DNA of 20,000 nucleotides from an uncultured virus (IMG/VR IMGVR_UViG_3300029258_001230) (Duplodnaviria; Heunggongvirae; Uroviricota; Caudoviricetes). The translations under genes and the position numbers were made by a program. The stretch lies in IMG/VR virus record IMGVR_UViG_3300029258_001230. The stretch is one strand, 5' to 3'. The notes under the pieces were generated by a model. That model saw nothing but the letters and a program-made list of their open reading frames with translations, ran no database searches and was not told the DNA's origin. Positions 15,876-20,000 of this stretch are shown one piece after another; within the stretch, counting starts at the first letter, position 1, and every line of letters begins with the position of its first letter.

Positions 15876-16940
15876 CTACTTCTTTAAATCGTTTAACATT
15901 TCTTCTTCTGAATTGTAGGTTTTAAGGATTTCACACCCTTCTTTAAAATCCTTCATACCTTCAAAGTATCTAACCTCTTTCCATTTGTCGGACGGGAAAT
16001 TGATAGGGACTAAAACCTTATACCACTTGTCTTCTTTAGGTTGTTCAATAGGTTTAGCATTCTTCCAAGATAAATACTCTCTACAATCCATGTCAGTTGA
16101 GTAACAAACATAAAAATCTCTATCCATAGCAAAGAATATAGAATATTCATAGTCCTCTATATCATTGTGCCACACTTTGATTTTTTCTCCTTTCTCAGGT
16201 TTCCACTCTTTTTCATAATGCTCTCCAGTATTTCCATTTTGTCCTATTATATCCACACGTCTATTGGTTTCTTCTTCGGTTGAGTGTTCGATAAGAAGTT
16301 GCTCTATACTCTTAGCAGAACAGTAATTAATCTCTTTATTTTTATGTAATTTATAAATATATGAGTCAGTTTCTTTTTGATAGCCCGTAATAACGCCCTT
16401 ATATCCATTGACACCCATAACGTCCATTCCAAGAATACCTAAAGGATCGTTTTCGTTAGCTTTAGTTAGTAAGCGTTTCATTTTTTCGTATGACACGGGG
16501 TTAATCACTAATGATTTATGACAGTAGGTAAAAGCATTGCCATTCCAGTAGAAATTTAAAGAATCAACAGCGTTTTGAAGTCCATTTATGTGTATAGGGT
16601 ATCCATTGCTCTGAGCTAAGTGTAATAGTTCACTCTTTTCTTCTCTATTTACATCATCTCCTAAGCATCCATCACCAATATTAAATTCATGTTTCATAAG
16701 TTTGTTTGTTTCAGGAGTGTCTTCTTTGTTATCGAATAGGTGCGGTTGGAGTTGTTTGGCTTGGTCGAAATCTTTGCTATCGACCGATGACCAAAAATCG
16801 TGACCCTCACTTGTTTCTCCCCACGAAATGTAAAATAAATCGTGAGAATCACCAAGCCTAACACTTTGCTCTTTCTGACACTCCAAAGCCCTTTTATAAA
16901 GCTTATGGTAACCTAATTCTTTTAATTCTTTAATTTTCAT
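15876..16940 (-). CDS. Hypothetical multi-module phage protein
   Basis: ATG 16940 (MKIKELKELG) preferred; short motifs WGETSEGHDFW, DIIGQNGNTGEHYE, SWKNAKPI. Confidence 0.75.
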   Translation of the reverse strand: MKIKELKELGYHKLYKRALECQKEQSVRLGDSHDLFYISWGETSEGHDFWSSVDSKDFDQAKQLQPHLFDNKEDTPETNKLMKHEFNIGDGCLGDDVNREEKSELLHLAQSNGYPIHINGLQNAVDSLNFYWNGNAFTYCHKSLVINPVSYEKMKRLLTKANENDPLGILGMDVMGVNGYKGVITGYQKETDSYIYKLHKNKEINYCSAKSIEQLLIEHSTEEETNRRVDIIGQNGNTGEHYEKEWKPEKGEKIKVWHNDIEDYEYSIFFAMDRDFYVCYSTDMDCREYLSWKNAKPIEQPKEDKWYKVLVPINFPSDKWKEVRYFEGMKDFKEGCEILKTYNSEEEMLNDLKK

Positions 16941-16956
16941 ATTTTTTGATTTGTAG

Positions 16957-17280
16957 TTATTTGACAAAAACAAAACCGTCTTCTCCGTTTCTATTTTTAA
17001 CAGTTATTTTAATCGTGTATAAATTGTGAGAACTAGGTCTTCTAACAGCATCACCGTCACTATATTTTTTAACAACATCACCATTTTCGTTAAAACAAAA
17101 CGCTCCATCCATGTGATCTATTGCTGTAACTAAATCATTCTTAAAGTAATGAATCAAACCAGTCTCGTTTAAAATATAATTCGCTCTAAATCTACCGACT
17201 AACTTTACAATATACTCTTTATAATTAGTAGTGTTGTTTGGGTGAGATACTTTCATCATTTCTGGTAACATACTAATCAA
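16957..17280 (-). CDS. Hypothetical protein
   Basis: ORF track; start uncertain. Confidence 0.65.
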   Translation of the reverse strand: MISMLPEMMKVSHPNNTTNYKEYIVKLVGRFRANYILNETGLIHYFKNDLVTAIDHMDGAFCFNENGDVVKKYSDGDAVRRPSSHNLYTIKITVKNRNGEDGFVFVK

Positions 17281-17566
17281 ATTTTAATTTTTCCATTTCC
17301 TTTCTGATTCCTTCGTATTTGTGCCATCCGCTTGGTTCGTAAAAGTCTCTCAATTCATTAAGCGATAACCCTCCAGATGCGAACGCTATTCTTTCTCTAG
17401 TCTTTTCGTACTCCATAGCCTCCCACGTCATATTTGCGTAAAGCTTCTGAATTGCGTTTTGGGTCATTTGACTTGTGTCGTAACTTTTCTCTAAAAGTTT
17501 CTTTCTTTTCTTGGCTGTTTTGTTTAGTTCTTTTGCTTGTATTAAAATATATTCTTCCTTGGTCAT
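17273..17566 (-). CDS. Hypothetical protein
   Basis: ORF track, 97 aa. Confidence 0.7.
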   Translation of the reverse strand: MTKEEYILIQAKELNKTAKKRKKLLEKSYDTSQMTQNAIQKLYANMTWEAMEYEKTRERIAFASGGLSLNELRDFYEPSGWHKYEGIRKEMEKLKFD

Positions 17567-17581
17567 TTTTGCGTGTTTTAA

Positions 17582-17794
17582 TTATTTAATTGTAGAATAG
17601 CAAAGTTCGTCAATACTTATCTTGAAAAAGTCTGCTAAAATTTTCAGGGTATGAACAGTTGGAGTTGAAAACCCACTCTCATAGTGTCTGTATATAGCTT
17701 CATTCTTCTTTCCAATAACCTTTGCCATATCCAGTTGGGTTAACCCTCGTTTAGATCGCAAGTGTATTAAGTTGTGGTGTAGCCTGTATTTCAT
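17582..17794 (-). CDS. XRE/Cro-C1 family helix-turn-helix regulator
   Basis: NLIHLRSKRGLTQLDMAKVIG...YRHYESG.STP....LKILADFFKISIDEL. Confidence 0.9.
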   Translation of the reverse strand: MKYRLHHNLIHLRSKRGLTQLDMAKVIGKKNEAIYRHYESGFSTPTVHTLKILADFFKISIDELCYSTIK

Positions 17795-17798
17795 AGGT

Positions 17799-18137
17799 CT
17801 AAAAAACTTTAATTCGGTTAATTACTTTAATGCTCTCAAAGAACTTATCGCATTCATCGCTTACCACTTCCATGACATCGTATTCAAAAACAGTTTCTCC
17901 AGTAGCGCAATCTAAAACGTCAAACTCAACTGCTTTTGCTTTATAAAGTTCTGCATTTAAAACCAAGCTAGGGCAACTATCTCTGCAAACAGATAAGTCA
18001 TAGTATAGATATAAATAAACCTCTCGTTCGTTATCTACCACCTCCACAGGAAGGTATCCATTTATTCGGTTCTCGTCTGTTAATTCTGAATCTTTAATTT
18101 CAGTCTTGATTAAATCAATTAAATTTTCCTTTCTCAT
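17799..18137 (-). CDS. Hypothetical acidic protein
   Basis: ORF track; preceded by promoter/leader motif. Confidence 0.7.
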   Translation of the reverse strand: MRKENLIDLIKTEIKDSELTDENRINGYLPVEVVDNEREVYLYLYYDLSVCRDSCPSLVLNAELYKAKAVEFDVLDCATGETVFEYDVMEVVSDECDKFFESIKVINRIKVF

Positions 18138-18144
18138 AATATTC

Positions 18145-18192
18145 GTGTTTGTGTGTTTATGCTAAAATAGTAATTATTTTACGGTTATCAAA
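18145..18192 (-). promoter_or_regulatory. Putative promoter with ACACAAAC leader
   Basis: Minus strand TTTG-N19-TATTTTAG-cataaACACACAAACAC before ATG 18137. Confidence 0.55.
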
Positions 18193-18196
18193 ACAA

Positions 18197-18559
18197 TTAT
18201 TCATTCTGCTTGAATGTTTTGATTAGTTTGTCCGCTTCAAACAATATTTCATGGACTTCCGACTTAGTTAATATTAGATCATGTTCTTGTTTCATGAACT
18301 CAAAAAATGACTGATACTCTGGAGTTATACCACTATCTTCTTTTTTGCTTAATTGAGGTTGAGAGATTATAGTTAAATAAGATTGGCACTCCGCCCTATT
18401 GAAACGCCAAGAAGGGATCTGAAATGGCTTAGGGTTGGTTAACATAAAGTAAACCACTCCATCCTCAATGTCGTAAATCTCTACTTCTGAAACAGTCCCT
18501 AAGCATCTAGCCATTGCCTTTTGCCCTACTTTAATTTTTTGAAAGTGTTTATCAAACAT
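18197..18559 (-). CDS. Hypothetical protein
   Basis: ORF track, 120 aa. Confidence 0.7.
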   Translation of the reverse strand: MFDKHFQKIKVGQKAMARCLGTVSEVEIYDIEDGVVYFMLTNPKPFQIPSWRFNRAECQSYLTIISQPQLSKKEDSGITPEYQSFFEFMKQEHDLILTKSEVHEILFEADKLIKTFKQNE

Positions 18560-18616
18560 ATTTTTTTTTAAAAGGTTGGTAATTAGTTTTTGATGCTATT
18601 AAGCAAATCGTTCAAG

Positions 18617-18880
18617 TTATATGTAACCTTTGTTTCGTGCCTTTCTATCAGCGTTCTTTTGGTTACGAGCGTATATCACATTTTGACCGTAAAAGTATTC
18701 GTTAACACCTTGTTTTTTAAGTCGCTCTATTCGTTTCTTTTCCGAAAAAGATTTTAGTTCTTCCTTTTTTTTATCTGTCAAGCCTTGGTATTCAGTACCT
18801 TCATGATAGCCAGACCCGTACATGGAAGCCATGCTAGCCATCATTGCTAGTAATCCTGCTTGTTTTTTCATCCTATTCAT
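18617..18880 (-). CDS. Hypothetical phage protein (IYARNQKNADRKA motif)
   Basis: ORF track; start overlaps upstream stop. Confidence 0.75.
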   Translation of the reverse strand: MNRMKKQAGLLAMMASMASMYGSGYHEGTEYQGLTDKKKEELKSFSEKKRIERLKKQGVNEYFYGQNVIYARNQKNADRKARNKGYI

Positions 18881-19104
18881 TACTTCCTGTTTTTTCGAGA
18901 TTCATTAACTTTACTCGCAATTAAATCAATAGCAAGCTTTTCTGTAATCCATGATTCCACATCTGACCATGGAACACAATCACCTTTATTATCTATAAAC
19001 ACTTTAAGTGTTCTGCTGTAAATAGTTTTAGTGATTTGACTATTGCCTTTAGTTACCACAAGACAGTGTTCTTCGTTCTTTGGTTCTCTTCTTAATTTAC
19101 TCAT
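18880..19104 (-). CDS. Hypothetical protein
   Basis: ORF track; AAACACA-rich leader downstream of site 8. Confidence 0.7.
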   Translation of the reverse strand: MSKLRREPKNEEHCLVVTKGNSQITKTIYSRTLKVFIDNKGDCVPWSDVESWITEKLAIDLIASKVNESRKNRK

Positions 19105-19137
19105 TTTATGTGTTTTATGTGTGTTTCAAAATAATTC

Positions 19138-19210
19138 GCATTAGCGTTCCGCAACGCTCTTTAACACCGTATAACTCGCCATTAAAACGGCGGTTATTTC
19201 GGTGTTACCT
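19138..19210 (-). repeat. attC-like site 8 (short type, 19159-19210) plus tail hairpin (19138-19157)
   Basis: Minus strand TAACACCG-aa-ATAAC-CGCC-gttttaat-GGCG-a-GTTAT-a-CGGTGTTA then GCGTT-GCG-gaa-CGC-t-AATGC; same orientation as local genes. Confidence 0.85.
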
Positions 19211-19216
19211 ACAACA

Positions 19217-19513
19217 CTACCAAAGTGCTTTAAGGTGATTAATCGCTCTTGATAATGCTTTAACATATCCGTAGTTATATTCAGCCTTGTTGTCATTCGG
19301 TAGTTCATGTCTTACTTTGTCTTGTTCAAACATTTCAATAAGTCTTTTAGCTCGGTCATTTTCAACAACAAGTCTATTAATATCAAGTGTGTGAAATTCA
19401 GTTTCACCATTTCCAAATTCACTTATAATATCAATTATTTCTTCGTTTGTTTTTAGTTGGTAGCCGTTTTCTTGTTCGTCTTCCATTTGCTGTAACTCTT
19501 CTCTAATAGTCAT
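19217..19513 (-). CDS. Hypothetical acidic protein (cassette cargo)
   Basis: ORF track; sole gene between sites 9 and 8. Confidence 0.75.
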   Translation of the reverse strand: MTIREELQQMEDEQENGYQLKTNEEIIDIISEFGNGETEFHTLDINRLVVENDRAKRLIEMFEQDKVRHELPNDNKAEYNYGYVKALSRAINHLKALW

Positions 19514-19547
19514 TTATTTAAGTTTTATAATTAATAATCCGTGCAAT

Positions 19548-19604
19548 AGGTAACAACACCTAACAAAACATTGCTTCGCACGTTTGTTAGCTAAATCGTT
19601 ACCC
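19548..19604 (-). repeat. attC-like site 9 (intermediate type)
   Basis: Minus strand GGGTAAC-gatttag-CTAACAAA-CGTGCGAAGCAATGT-TTTGTTAG-gtgtt-GTTACCT; left box contains stop of ORF 19599-19799. Confidence 0.8.
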
Positions 19605-19799
19605 ATTCCAAACACTCCAATCTTTATTCCATAAACTAGACTCTCTAACACTCCAAAACTCTTCACTGTGTATAAGAAGACCTTCTTCCGTAACTATTTG
19701 TCCGCTTCGATTTAAAGATACCCATTCATTAGGGGTGAAAAATCTATGAGTTAATTTAAGCCCCATCTTCATGTATTCGATTGCTTGTTTTCTGTCCAT
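19599..19799 (-). CDS. Small phage protein, loosely DUF2829/Tad2-like termini
   Basis: MDRKQAIEYMKMGLKLTHRFF...NKDW; resemblance judged by eye only. Confidence 0.6.
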   Translation of the reverse strand: MDRKQAIEYMKMGLKLTHRFFTPNEWVSLNRSGQIVTEEGLLIHSEEFWSVRESSLWNKDWSVWNG

Positions 19800-19822
19800 A
19801 ATGCTTGTATTAACAATTTCTA

Positions 19823-19866
19823 TTTGTGTGTTTTACTAAACTACTAACTTAAACTTAAAACCGCAA
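19823..19866 (-). promoter_or_regulatory. Putative promoter with ACACAAA leader
   Basis: Minus strand TTG-N20-TAGTTTAG-taaaACACACAAA upstream of ATG 19799. Confidence 0.5.
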
Positions 19867-19887
19867 GTAAATTACGGTATTTATTTT

Positions 19888-19981
19888 CTCCACTCACCCT
19901 CCACTTGCCCTCCGCGTTGCTCCCACAACCCACGCCAATCAACAAAAACGCCCTCCACTTGTCCTCCACTTCGCCTCCACG
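19888..19981. repeat. Two triplets of CTCCAC(T) direct repeats with 11-bp period
   Basis: Units start at 19888, 19899, 19910 (CTCCGCG variant) and 19953, 19964, 19975 in an abruptly C-rich tract. Confidence 0.75.
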
Positions 19982-20000
19982 AGCCACCAAAACACCCAAA

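Noticed and set aside
4705..19210. Short repeats as a CRISPR array
   Set aside because: Copies are kilobases apart, separated by whole genes rather than 30-40 nt spacers, and no cas genes are present.
1..20000. Integron integrase, transposase or HUH nuclease serving the palindromes
   Set aside because: No ORF shows recognisable tyrosine-recombinase (R-H-x-x-R-Y), DDE or HUH motifs; any recombinase must lie outside the window.

Overview
AT-rich, gene-dense segment that looks like part of a Bacteroidota (probably Flavobacteriia-type) phage or prophage. Support: a DUF4494-like gene, Bacteroidota-style promoters and many small phage-type ORFs. No structural, replication or integrase gene is recognisable. 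A + strand arm (1-13460) and a - strand arm (13620-19799) converge on a bidirectional terminator near 13490. The + arm has a five-gene glycan-modification cluster (2 SAM methyltransferases, 2 glycosyltransferase-like genes, 1 sulfotransferase-like gene), a second sulfotransferase, a C5 DNA methyltransferase, a DEDDh exonuclease and a DnaA-C-terminal-like HTH protein. The main unexplained signal is nine intergenic AAC...GTT-bounded imperfect palindromes resembling integron attC sites: three long (130-133 bp), five short (52-56 bp, each followed by a covarying mini-hairpin) and one intermediate. They bracket single genes as cassettes, two of which have clearly complementary ends. Their geometry and linkage suggest polarity opposite to classical integrons, with each site travelling with the gene downstream of it; one site appears to supply the methyltransferase start codon. 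All family calls are by-eye motif recognition, not database searches.
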